DNA from: a virus
IMG/VR virus record: IMGVR_UViG_3300015371_000006
Location: 47,597 to 111,596 of that record
Strand: one strand, 5' to 3'
DNA length: 64,000 nucleotides
Shown: piece after piece, positions 9,846 to 17,945 of the stretch
How positions within the stretch are numbered: position 1 is the stretch's first letter
Layout: each line of letters opens with the position of its first letter
The notes under the pieces: generated by a model
Told to the model about the DNA's origin: nothing
The model's database searches: none
What the model saw: the letters and a program-made list of their open reading frames with translations, nothing else
Made by a program: the position numbers and the translations under genes

Positions 9846-10127
9846 CTAGTCAACGCGCCACCCGGCTTCCAGCATCTCGTCGAGCGTCGCGTATTCGGTC
9901 TGCTCCAGCTTGTCGATCCCGTCGTGGCTTGTGACGTGCTCGGCCAGGTCGTACCAGTTGACGTGGTGCACGCGCGTGAGCCCGCGCCCGAGGATCAGGC
10001 AGCCAAGCGTCGGCCGGTCGGCGCTGTCCAGCTGCGCGAAGTTCTTCATCGGCAGCACGCTGCCCATCGACCAGCTCGCCGGGTTGCGGATGATCTGACG
10101 GTCGCGTGTCGGGTCGGGAAGGCTCAC
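9846..10127 (-). CDS. Hypothetical protein
   Basis: GTGA overlap; ends GWRVD. Confidence 0.6.
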   Translation of the reverse strand: MSLPDPTRDRQIIRNPASWSMGSVLPMKNFAQLDSADRPTLGCLILGRGLTRVHHVNWYDLAEHVTSHDGIDKLEQTEYATLDEMLEAGWRVD

Positions 10128-10335
10128 CCGACCGCCCTGTATTCGACCAGCTTCATCGACGTGCGCTTGTGCGAGGCCCCCGCCGGGCCGGTGCAGGCGT
10201 AGCTGGTGCGCGCGCCGCCGGGCTGCTTGCCGACCAGGCCGCATTCGGGGCAGACGGGCAGCTCGACGCTGCGCGCTGCCTCGGGGACCGGGGTGCCGTT
10301 CATGTGCTCGGTGAAGCGTTCCATCGGCCGCGACC

Positions 10336-10617
10336 CTAGCGCGCCTGCTTGACGCCCTCGTCGGTGGCCCAATAGGCCACGCCGCTCAGCCCGTCCGGGC
10401 GCTGCACCTGGTCGATCAGGCCCTGGCGGTGCAGGCTGGTGAGGCTGGAGATGATCCGCTGCGCCGGGTTGAACACCCGGTGGCCCTTGCCGCGCCCGCC
10501 CTGCCCCCGTCCGCCGTGGACGGGGGTCATGCCGATGCCGTGGGCGATCTGCGCCGGGGTCTGCGCCTGCTCGCGGAGGCTGAGCCAGCGCAGGATGTCG
10601 AGCTGGCGCTCGGTCAC
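10336..10617 (-). CDS. Winged-HTH-like protein
   Basis: TERQLDILRWL..TPAQIA..LTSLHRQGLI..YWATDEG. Confidence 0.6.
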   Translation of the reverse strand: MTERQLDILRWLSLREQAQTPAQIAHGIGMTPVHGGRGQGGRGKGHRVFNPAQRIISSLTSLHRQGLIDQVQRPDGLSGVAYWATDEGVKQAR

Positions 10618-10896
10618 GCCCGCCTCGCTGCCGTGCGCAGGATCGCCGCGCGCTCGTCGTGCGTCTCGCGCTGCCAGCGCATCGCGTCGGCCATGCTCAC
10701 CCGGCGGCAGGCCCCGCAGATGTCCTCGCCCTCGCGCGCGAAGCCGTTGCGCTCGCGCGGGATCGGCCGACCGCACTTCGTCCACAGGCTGTTGCCGGGG
10801 TAGTAGGCGTGCTCCTTCACTTGCGCGCCCCCTGCGGCCCGGCCAGAATTGCGAGGCCCGCAGCTTTGGTCGCCTGCAGGCCCCGCAGGTAGGCCC

Positions 10897-11100
10897 TTAC
10901 GTATGCCGCTTCGTGTGGCGCTTCTCTGCGACCTTCGTATGCCGCTTCGTGTGGCGCTTCGTGTGCCGCTTCGTGTGGCGCTTCTCCTGCGCGGAGGTCA
11001 CCTTCGTGTGCCGCTTCGCCGTCGCGGTCGCCCCGAAGGACGCCCCCGTGAAGGCCAGGGCCAGGGTCGTTGCCGCCACGGCCAGACGCTTTCCGAACAT
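10897..11100 (-). CDS. Small secreted basic protein with KRHT repeats
   Basis: Signal peptide (MFGKRLAVAATTLALAFTGASFGATATA) plus 12-bp repeats; GGGAGG RBS. Confidence 0.65.
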   Translation of the reverse strand: MFGKRLAVAATTLALAFTGASFGATATAKRHTKVTSAQEKRHTKRHTKRHTKRHTKVAEKRHTKRHT

Positions 11101-11181
11101 CGTTCCTCCCGGTTGCGGGGTCGGTTGTCCGGGCCACGCTACTCGGCGGCAGCCCCGCCGTCCAGCCCTTGTGTCGGGGCA

Positions 11182-11517
11182 TCAGACGCGCTCCCACTCT
11201 GCGGCGGCGATGGCGCGCTCGCACGCGGGGCACTCGGTGTCGACGTCGCCCGCGTACTCGCCATGCGTCGGGCAGCGCTGCATCTCGCCGCGAAGCTCGC
11301 CGTCCTCGTCGAGGCGCGCGCGCTCCCACTCGCGCTGCAGGTCGACGAGCGCCTGCGCGGTCGGGTAGTTGGTCGGGCTCGGGCCGGTGAGCCGGTCGCC
11401 CGCCCACTCCACGAAGTCGTCGGCGTGCTCGGCCGAGGCGAACAGCGGTCCGCCGATGGTCTGCCCGGTCGTCGTGTCGTAGAGCGCGAAGGCCAAGTTG
11501 TCGGTGGCGCGGATCAT
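11182..11517 (-). CDS. Hypothetical protein with C-terminal Zn finger
   Basis: CPTH..CPAC; ATGA overlap. Confidence 0.65.
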   Translation of the reverse strand: MIRATDNLAFALYDTTTGQTIGGPLFASAEHADDFVEWAGDRLTGPSPTNYPTAQALVDLQREWERARLDEDGELRGEMQRCPTHGEYAGDVDTECPACERAIAAAEWERV

Positions 11518-11807
11518 GCTGCGACCTCCAGTTCGTCGGTGACGTATTCCTCGTCGTAATCGCCGGGGTAGCGGACCGGGCTCGCCAGCTCGGATTCGAA
11601 CTCCGACTCCTCGGGGTCGCCGGGGAAGCGGACCGTGATCCGGGGGCAGATCAGGTAGACCCGCTCCGGGGCGTCGCGGTCGTCGATGTCCGGTTCGTGG
11701 ATGGCGGTGATGATCCCGATCTCGGCCGGGTCGTCGGCGTAGGGCGCGGTGACCTTTCCGCCGACCTTCAGCTCGCGCTTGCCTGCGTCCGTCAGGGTGA
11801 ATTCCAT
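11514..11807 (-). CDS. Hypothetical acidic protein
   Basis: Coupled ORF, codon usage. Confidence 0.6.
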   Translation of the reverse strand: MEFTLTDAGKRELKVGGKVTAPYADDPAEIGIITAIHEPDIDDRDAPERVYLICPRITVRFPGDPEESEFESELASPVRYPGDYDEEYVTDELEVAA

Positions 11808-12043
11808 CAGCTCATCTCCAGCCGGAACTCGTCGCAGAAGGCGAAGCTGCCGCTTGCGCCGTCGGGGATCGCCATCGTCTGCAGGTCGCCGTCGGGCTTG
11901 CGGACCGCGAGGCCGTTCTCCACGTTGGCGGTGAAGGTGACCTTCATGCGGCCGGGCATGCTCTGGCTCGCGCGCAGGCTCAGCTCGGCAAGTTTGGGCG
12001 TGCCGTCCTCGTTCGTGAGGAGGGCGAGGGGTCGTGTGCTCAT
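11807..12043 (-). CDS. Hypothetical protein
   Basis: AAGGAG RBS; first gene after operator. Confidence 0.6.
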   Translation of the reverse strand: MSTRPLALLTNEDGTPKLAELSLRASQSMPGRMKVTFTANVENGLAVRKPDGDLQTMAIPDGASGSFAFCDEFRLEMS

Positions 12044-12072
12044 CTGTCGCTCCTTCGGTAGTGCCTTGGTCG

Positions 12073-12091
12073 GTGCTACCGACTGTAGCAC
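12073..12091. promoter_or_regulatory. 19-bp palindromic operator (GTGCTACCGACTGTAGCAC)
   Basis: Perfect 6-bp arms; adjacent CCGACCAAGG. Confidence 0.8.
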
Positions 12092-12102
12092 ACCGGGCGG
12101 CG

Positions 12103-12456
12103 CTAACGGAAGGCTGCGGGGGCCGTTGAGTGGAGCGCGGTGAGCAGCCGTTGGCGGGTCGCGCGCGGGGTGGCCCTGAAGGTGAGGCCCTCGCTGAGTT
12201 GCGCCCGTCGGTACGCCTTGCGGCACTTCGTCTTGCCGATGCCCGGCGTGTGGATGATCAGCGCGGCGATGCGCATCGTCGTCAGCCACTCCGGGTCTTC
12301 GTGGGGGTGTCGCCCAAGCAGCTCCTCCAGCGTGACCTCGCCGGACTTGAGTTGCCCCTTCAGCTTTGACCTTGAGGACCGATGCGCGTTCGCCTTGCGC
12401 AGCGCCCTCTCGCGCTGCTCCAGCTGGTGGCCGGTCCCTGCAACCGATATCGCCAT
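12103..12456 (-). CDS. mihF: Actinobacterial-type integration host factor (mIHF-like, H2TH fold)
   Basis: QRERALRKAN..R..LK..LKSGEVTL..LL..MRIAALI..PGIGK pattern; leaderless TAGCGT. Confidence 0.75.
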   Translation of the reverse strand: MAISVAGTGHQLEQRERALRKANAHRSSRSKLKGQLKSGEVTLEELLGRHPHEDPEWLTTMRIAALIIHTPGIGKTKCRKAYRRAQLSEGLTFRATPRATRQRLLTALHSTAPAAFR

Positions 12457-12471
12457 GCGCGGCACGCTACC

Positions 12472-15400
12472 TCACGAGTCCAGCTCACGGACCCGGTTCA
12501 CGCCGCTGACCAGGAACGCCTTGCCGGTCGCGGGCCGCCAGATCAGAACCAGGCCCCCTCCGGCGGCCTGCACGTAGATGTATTCGTTGCCGCCCTTGTC
12601 GCGGAAGCCCTGGCCCGGCATCAGATCCTTGACGTGGGGGTGCTTGTATTTCCCGCCGCTTCCCCATGCGGATTTGTAGCCCAGCAGATCGGTCATCGGG
12701 ACGCCGCTGATGCTCCCGTGCTCGGCGAGGATCTTCGCCAGCAGCGCCTTCGCGTCGCCGCCCGTGTTCGTCTCGGCCTCCACGTCGGGGCTGCTCAGCT
12801 CGGTCGCAGCCTTCGGCTGCACGTCGTCGAGCTTGGTCTGGTCGCTGACCACCTGCAGCAGCCCGCTCTGCAGATCCTTGACGATCACCTGGTTGCCCTG
12901 GCTCGGGCCGGGCGGGGTCTTGAAGGCGACCACCTGGAAGGGATGCCCGCTCGCGTTCTCGAACTCGTACTCGGGTTCCATGTCGTAGAGGTAGCCCCCG
13001 GTGAACGGCGTCGTCTCGGTTTCGGCCTCCGGGTCGGCGGCGGGCGGTTGCTCGGGGAGGTCCGCCAGCGGCGTGCCGGGGCTCACCTTGGTCATCCCGG
13101 CGGCGTCGGGGCCGGAAGGCCCCACGACCTTCTCGCCGTTCGCCAGCTCGGCCACGACGATCCACGGCTCGCCATCCGGGCCGGTGAAGGTTTCGCCGCC
13201 CTGCAGCTGGTCGATGTTCGTCGGCTCGGGGTCGGGCGGTGTCGGCGCGACGCTGATCTTCGCGGGCTTCAGCGCCCCGACCACTCCGGTGATCGTTGAC
13301 TCGGTGCCGTTCTGCAGGCTGACCGCCTTCTCGTGGTCCGACTTCATGAACTTGTAGCCGCCGTATTCGTAGGTGCTGCCGATGGGCAGGTCGTCGACGG
13401 CGAGGCCTTCGGTGTTGTCGTAGGTCGGCGGGTCGTGGTCGGGGATCGTCTGCGTCGGCGTCGGCGTCTGTGGCGGCAGCGCCATGCCGCCGGGCGGGCC
13501 GGGCACAAAGCCCTCTTCGAACTTCAGCGTCTCGCCGGGGTCGCCGCTACTCCCGAAGCTCTTCTTCAGCAGCGTCACCTCGACCTGTCCGTTGACCGGG
13601 CCGCCCTGCACCTCGTAGATCGAGCCGGAGGCCATCTTGATCTGCGTCCCTGCGGGCATCTCGCCCAGCGTGGCGGTGGTCGGCTGGAAGGCCGCTTCGG
13701 GGAACGGCGCGGCCAGGCCCTCGGGCGGCTCCACGCTGATCGGCGTGCCCCCTCCCGCCGGGGTCGCCAGCGCCTTCACGTCCTTGGCGTAAACCATCTT
13801 CAGGCCGCCCGTGGTGTAGACGCCCTTGATCCCGGTGCCCGCCACCTGGTTGTCGGTGATCTTGACCGTCTGCCCGTCCGTCAGCTCCACGACGTCGCCG
13901 TTCGCCAGCGAGTTGAAGAGTTCCTCCTGGTCGGCGGTTGCGATTCCCGCCTCGGGCGCTGGCCAGGTGATGACGGTCGGGTTGTCGACCGTCGTGTCCA
14001 TCGGCACGGTGCCCCCGGTCGCCACGTTCTCCAGGTCGACGAAGCCGTCGAAGTTGTTCGTCACCTTGTAGCGGACGTCCTGGTAGATGACGGTCTGCCC
14101 CACCGGGATGTCGGCGAGCTTCACCTGCGCGCCGGTGGCCCCCGGAGGTGCCGCAACAGCGCCCGGCTCGTCTACGTCGGTCATCTGCGGCCCCGGCTGC
14201 GTGACCACCTTCTCCAGGCTGACCGTGTACTCCTTCTGGCCCTTCTGGATCAGCAGCGCGTCCTTGCCCGACGGCGTGGTCGCTGATCCGACCACGGTGC
14301 CGGTCCAGGTCTTGCCGTCGGCGCGCTTCATCTCGACCGTCTGCCCCAGCTCGTAGCCGTGGTGCTTGATCGGCTCAGCGGGTGCCATGTCCAGGCCCTG
14401 TCCCGGCGGCGGCGGGGCGTCCATCGTCTCCTCGGGCAGCTCGCGCACGCGCAGCTTTCCGCTCACGGTGAAGTTCGTCTGCCCGTCGGAGATGATCGGC
14501 TCGTCGCCCGCGACCTGCAGCTTGAACAGCTTTCCGGTCTTGTCGCGGAACACGGTCCCGGCGGGCAGGTTCTTGATCCGCTCGTGCTTGTAGGCCCCGC
14601 CCGGCCCGTGGGAGGACTTGTAGGGCACCAGCTGGTCGCCGATGTCGAACAGCGCGTCCTCGGCCTGCTCGGACTGGTTGAGGCTCGGCGACGTGGTTGC
14701 GGGCTTGAGCGCAGGGTGGCTTTCGCCGTAGGTGACGTTGTCGCTCGGGGCGGGCATCGTCGTCTTCTGCGGGTTCAGCGTCCCGTCCTCGCGGATCAGG
14801 TTGCCGGTGATCTGCTTCTCGCCCGACTCGCCGACCGACACGCCGGTCACCTGCCACACCTTGCCGTCGTGGATGAACGTGTCGAAGTTCTCCAGCTGCT
14901 CGGCTTGGACCGTGTCGCCCGGCTTCAGCTCGGAGTGCGGGGTCAGCGACTTCGGCGGCCCGGACTTCTTGACCTGGCTCTCGTTGGTCGGGCTCTCGTG
15001 GTCGTGCCCCACGCCACCGTCTGCCGACTCCAGGGACTTGACCTTCTTCTTCAGCAGCGCCTTGCCGGTCTCCCCGGTGTCCAGGTTCGTGAAGTAGACC
15101 CAGCTCTCGTCCTTGCTGTCCACGCGGTAGGGGCGGATGCGCGAGCCCCGGCCGCCGTGGAACAGGTCGCCGTCGGCGAGGTCGCCCATCTGCGTGGACT
15201 TGCCGATCTTCCACGCCTTCGGGTTGAACAGGCCCTGCAGCGCGTCGTTGTCAGGGTCGATCTGCACGACCTTCGCGCCGGGCTTGGCCTCCTTGATCGA
15301 GACGATGCCGTTCTTCTTGACCGAGGTGACGACGTGCTTGGCCCCGTTGTAGGCCAGCGTCATCCCCTTCTCCGGCGGCTGCTTCAGCTTGAAGTAGCCC

Positions 15401-17343
15401 TCGATTTCGACCAGCTGCACGGCCTTGTAGTCGCCGTTGATGGTGCCGGTCAGGCCGCTGTTCAGGTCTTGGATCTGCGTCAGGCCCAGCGTGGGCGTGT
15501 CCTTGATCTCATACGGCGTCCCGTTGACCTTGAACTTGTCGCCGATCTGCATCTTGGCGATGGGCTTCGCGTCGTCGGTGCCGAATTGCCAGGCGGCCGG
15601 GTCGAAGCCGCTCTCCTCGACCTTGGTCGGCGGCACGTTGCCCAGCAGCTTGTAGTTCGGGTAGCCCTCTTGGAAGGCCATCTCCTCGCCGTTGTATTTC
15701 AGCCCGCCCTCGCCGTCGGGCACGATCTTGTGGATGCGCAGCCCGCTGGGGCTGGCAGGGTCGGCGTTGACGTAGTAGAGGGTGCCCTGCAGGCCCATCA
15801 GGAAGTCACCTGCGCCCGCGTGCGACTCGGCTGCCTCCAGCGCCTCGGGGTTGCCGTTGGGGTCGAGGTTGTCGAATGGCAGCCCCAGCTTCCCCAGCTC
15901 CTCGGGTGACCAGCCGGACTTGATCTCGGGCAGCTTGTCGGCGTACTCCTCCAGCGCGGTGATCGCAGCGGGCGGTGGCGGCAGGTGCGCCGAGCCCTTC
16001 ATCTTGATCTCGGCTGCGACCGGCGGCACGGGCAGCGGCTCGCCGCCTCGGACAGCCGACAGGAACATGCGGATCGTGTCGCCGCCTCGGGGCTGCTTGG
16101 TCATCTTCCCCAGCCACTGGCGGTAGCCGGACGGCACCTCGTCGTTGTGGTAGCTGATCGCCTGGTCCGGGTCCAGCACCATCTGGTAGGGGATCGCCAC
16201 CTCCTGCTCGCCGTGGCAGCTCCCCTGCGCGTTCTTCATCGGCCCCGAGACGTAGGTCGCCATGACGATGTGGCGCATGCTGACCGCCGTCGCCACGCCG
16301 GTCTGCTTCTTGCCGATGGCCTCGCTGTTGAAGCTGCAGCTCAGGCCGCTGAACACCCTCGCCTTGCCGCTGATGAACTTCTTCCACCACGAGGTCGGCT
16401 TCGCCGGGCTCAGGTAGCCGGACTTGTGGATGATCGTCAGGTCGGGGCTGCGGGTGCGGTTGTAGAGATCCCAGGCGTAGGCGTCGCGGATCAGGCCCTG
16501 CAGCTCCATCGCCTGCTCGCGCTTGGCCCGCGCGGACTCCAGCGTCTTCGGGTTCTTCTCGTGCATGTTGATGATCCCGGCGAGGCTCAGCGACATGCCC
16601 GACGAGCTGCCGTACTGCGAGCTGAAGCCGCCGCTGACGAGCTGTCCGATCTCGGCGTCGTAGCCCTGGTACGCCTTCGTGATCAGCTGGCTGGCCTTGA
16701 GCTTGCCGTACTCGCCGTAGCGCTTCTGCAGGTCGGTGTAGTGGAGCTGCTCGGCACGACCGAAGGCGGCCCACTCCTCGGCGGTCAGCGCGCTGTTGGG
16801 CGGGATCGGGATCGAGGGGTCGTGCGTCTTCGGGTCGACGTGCGGGTTGACGGCCGTGACCGTGGACTTCGGGCCGCCCGCGTGCTCGCCCTTGCCGCCG
16901 ATGACCGCCACGGGCTTAGCCCGCTTCGCGCCGGTCAGCTCCTGGGCGGGGCCGCCGGTCGTGGTCGGGTCCAGCACCACGGTCTTCGCCACCTCGCCGC
17001 CGGTCTTGTGGGCGATGATCTGCCCCTGCCCGTCGGGCCCCGCGACGATGTTGGCGATCTCGTAGGTGTCGCCCTTGAAGTCGAAGGTCTGCCCCACGCG
17101 CATGAACTTGCCGCCCAGGCCGCCCGGCGTCCCGGCGGGCCAGCGCGGGTGCAGGTGCTCCTCGACCGACGTCCACGGTCCGGCGGCCGCCTCCTCCAGG
17201 TTCTCGCCCTCGACGTCGGGCTCTCGGGGCTCCGGCCCACGCTCCCTGCGCCCACCCTGCTCGGCCGCTGCTCGGATCAGCCCCAGCGGGTCGTCGGAGT
17301 TCGCGTCGGGGGGCGTCGGCAGCGGAACGAGGACGGTCGTCAC
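12472..17343 (-). CDS. Giant (about 1623 aa) probable virion protein: HPR..GG.F motif, putative ART-like domain, about 12 divergent SH3-like beta repeats
   Basis: Long ORF; GTG start 6 nt after CACAAT; motifs listed in findings. Confidence 0.85.
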   Translation of the reverse strand: MTTVLVPLPTPPDANSDDPLGLIRAAAEQGGRRERGPEPREPDVEGENLEEAAAGPWTSVEEHLHPRWPAGTPGGLGGKFMRVGQTFDFKGDTYEIANIVAGPDGQGQIIAHKTGGEVAKTVVLDPTTTGGPAQELTGAKRAKPVAVIGGKGEHAGGPKSTVTAVNPHVDPKTHDPSIPIPPNSALTAEEWAAFGRAEQLHYTDLQKRYGEYGKLKASQLITKAYQGYDAEIGQLVSGGFSSQYGSSSGMSLSLAGIINMHEKNPKTLESARAKREQAMELQGLIRDAYAWDLYNRTRSPDLTIIHKSGYLSPAKPTSWWKKFISGKARVFSGLSCSFNSEAIGKKQTGVATAVSMRHIVMATYVSGPMKNAQGSCHGEQEVAIPYQMVLDPDQAISYHNDEVPSGYRQWLGKMTKQPRGGDTIRMFLSAVRGGEPLPVPPVAAEIKMKGSAHLPPPPAAITALEEYADKLPEIKSGWSPEELGKLGLPFDNLDPNGNPEALEAAESHAGAGDFLMGLQGTLYYVNADPASPSGLRIHKIVPDGEGGLKYNGEEMAFQEGYPNYKLLGNVPPTKVEESGFDPAAWQFGTDDAKPIAKMQIGDKFKVNGTPYEIKDTPTLGLTQIQDLNSGLTGTINGDYKAVQLVEIEGYFKLKQPPEKGMTLAYNGAKHVVTSVKKNGIVSIKEAKPGAKVVQIDPDNDALQGLFNPKAWKIGKSTQMGDLADGDLFHGGRGSRIRPYRVDSKDESWVYFTNLDTGETGKALLKKKVKSLESADGGVGHDHESPTNESQVKKSGPPKSLTPHSELKPGDTVQAEQLENFDTFIHDGKVWQVTGVSVGESGEKQITGNLIREDGTLNPQKTTMPAPSDNVTYGESHPALKPATTSPSLNQSEQAEDALFDIGDQLVPYKSSHGPGGAYKHERIKNLPAGTVFRDKTGKLFKLQVAGDEPIISDGQTNFTVSGKLRVRELPEETMDAPPPPGQGLDMAPAEPIKHHGYELGQTVEMKRADGKTWTGTVVGSATTPSGKDALLIQKGQKEYTVSLEKVVTQPGPQMTDVDEPGAVAAPPGATGAQVKLADIPVGQTVIYQDVRYKVTNNFDGFVDLENVATGGTVPMDTTVDNPTVITWPAPEAGIATADQEELFNSLANGDVVELTDGQTVKITDNQVAGTGIKGVYTTGGLKMVYAKDVKALATPAGGGTPISVEPPEGLAAPFPEAAFQPTTATLGEMPAGTQIKMASGSIYEVQGGPVNGQVEVTLLKKSFGSSGDPGETLKFEEGFVPGPPGGMALPPQTPTPTQTIPDHDPPTYDNTEGLAVDDLPIGSTYEYGGYKFMKSDHEKAVSLQNGTESTITGVVGALKPAKISVAPTPPDPEPTNIDQLQGGETFTGPDGEPWIVVAELANGEKVVGPSGPDAAGMTKVSPGTPLADLPEQPPAADPEAETETTPFTGGYLYDMEPEYEFENASGHPFQVVAFKTPPGPSQGNQVIVKDLQSGLLQVVSDQTKLDDVQPKAATELSSPDVEAETNTGGDAKALLAKILAEHGSISGVPMTDLLGYKSAWGSGGKYKHPHVKDLMPGQGFRDKGGNEYIYVQAAGGGLVLIWRPATGKAFLVSGVNRVRELDS

Positions 17344-17541
17344 CCGTCCATTGTGAACCCCGCGCAAGCGGGAGGGCGATTCAGACCACGGAGACGATGC
17401 CCTGGTGGCGGCGTTGCCACCAGCGCGCGCCCGCGCGCGTGAGCGCGAGGTGCGCGATCTCCTCGCCATAGGCGGTCGGCATCACCACCCGCCAGCGCCA
17501 GGGTCTCGGGTCGCCGCAGCAGGTGCGCTCGACCCGGCCCT

Positions 17542-17907
17542 TCACTTGACGGCTCTCCAGCCCTTCGGCTTCTCGCCGCCCTTCGGCGCGTTGGCCTGGG
17601 CGTTTCGCAGCTTCCGGTTCCAGCTGGTGTGCTTGTGGCCGCCCCACTCGGTGTAGCGGTCCGCCTCGCTGCGCTTGAAGGGCAGTCCGCTGAAGGCCCG
17701 GCGGAACTTCGCGTTGCCGTCCATCTGCTTCGGCTGGGGGATGTCGCCCAGCGCATGCGACTGCGCCTTACGCGAGCCCCGGCGCAGGTGCCCGACGTTG
17801 CGCGACTCCATCTTCTCCTCCACAGAGCGAGTGCCCTGGCGACGGTTGGCACGGCGCTGTTGGCGGTGGGTCAGGCCCCGGCCGCCCCGCTTGGCCCGGA
17901 TGCTCAC
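17542..17907 (-). CDS. Highly basic hypothetical protein
   Basis: TAGGCT -10 and CCGACCGAGGAGG upstream of GTG. Confidence 0.6.
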   Translation of the reverse strand: MSIRAKRGGRGLTHRQQRRANRRQGTRSVEEKMESRNVGHLRRGSRKAQSHALGDIPQPKQMDGNAKFRRAFSGLPFKRSEADRYTEWGGHKHTSWNRKLRNAQANAPKGGEKPKGWRAVK

Positions 17908-17945
17908 TTCGCGTACCTCCTCGGTCGGGTGTTGACCGGGGCAGC

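Noticed and set aside
12472-14650. Diversity-generating retroelement TR/VR pair from the duplicated C-terminal unit
   Set aside because: Similarity is only at the divergent protein level, not adenine-specific, and no reverse transcriptase is present
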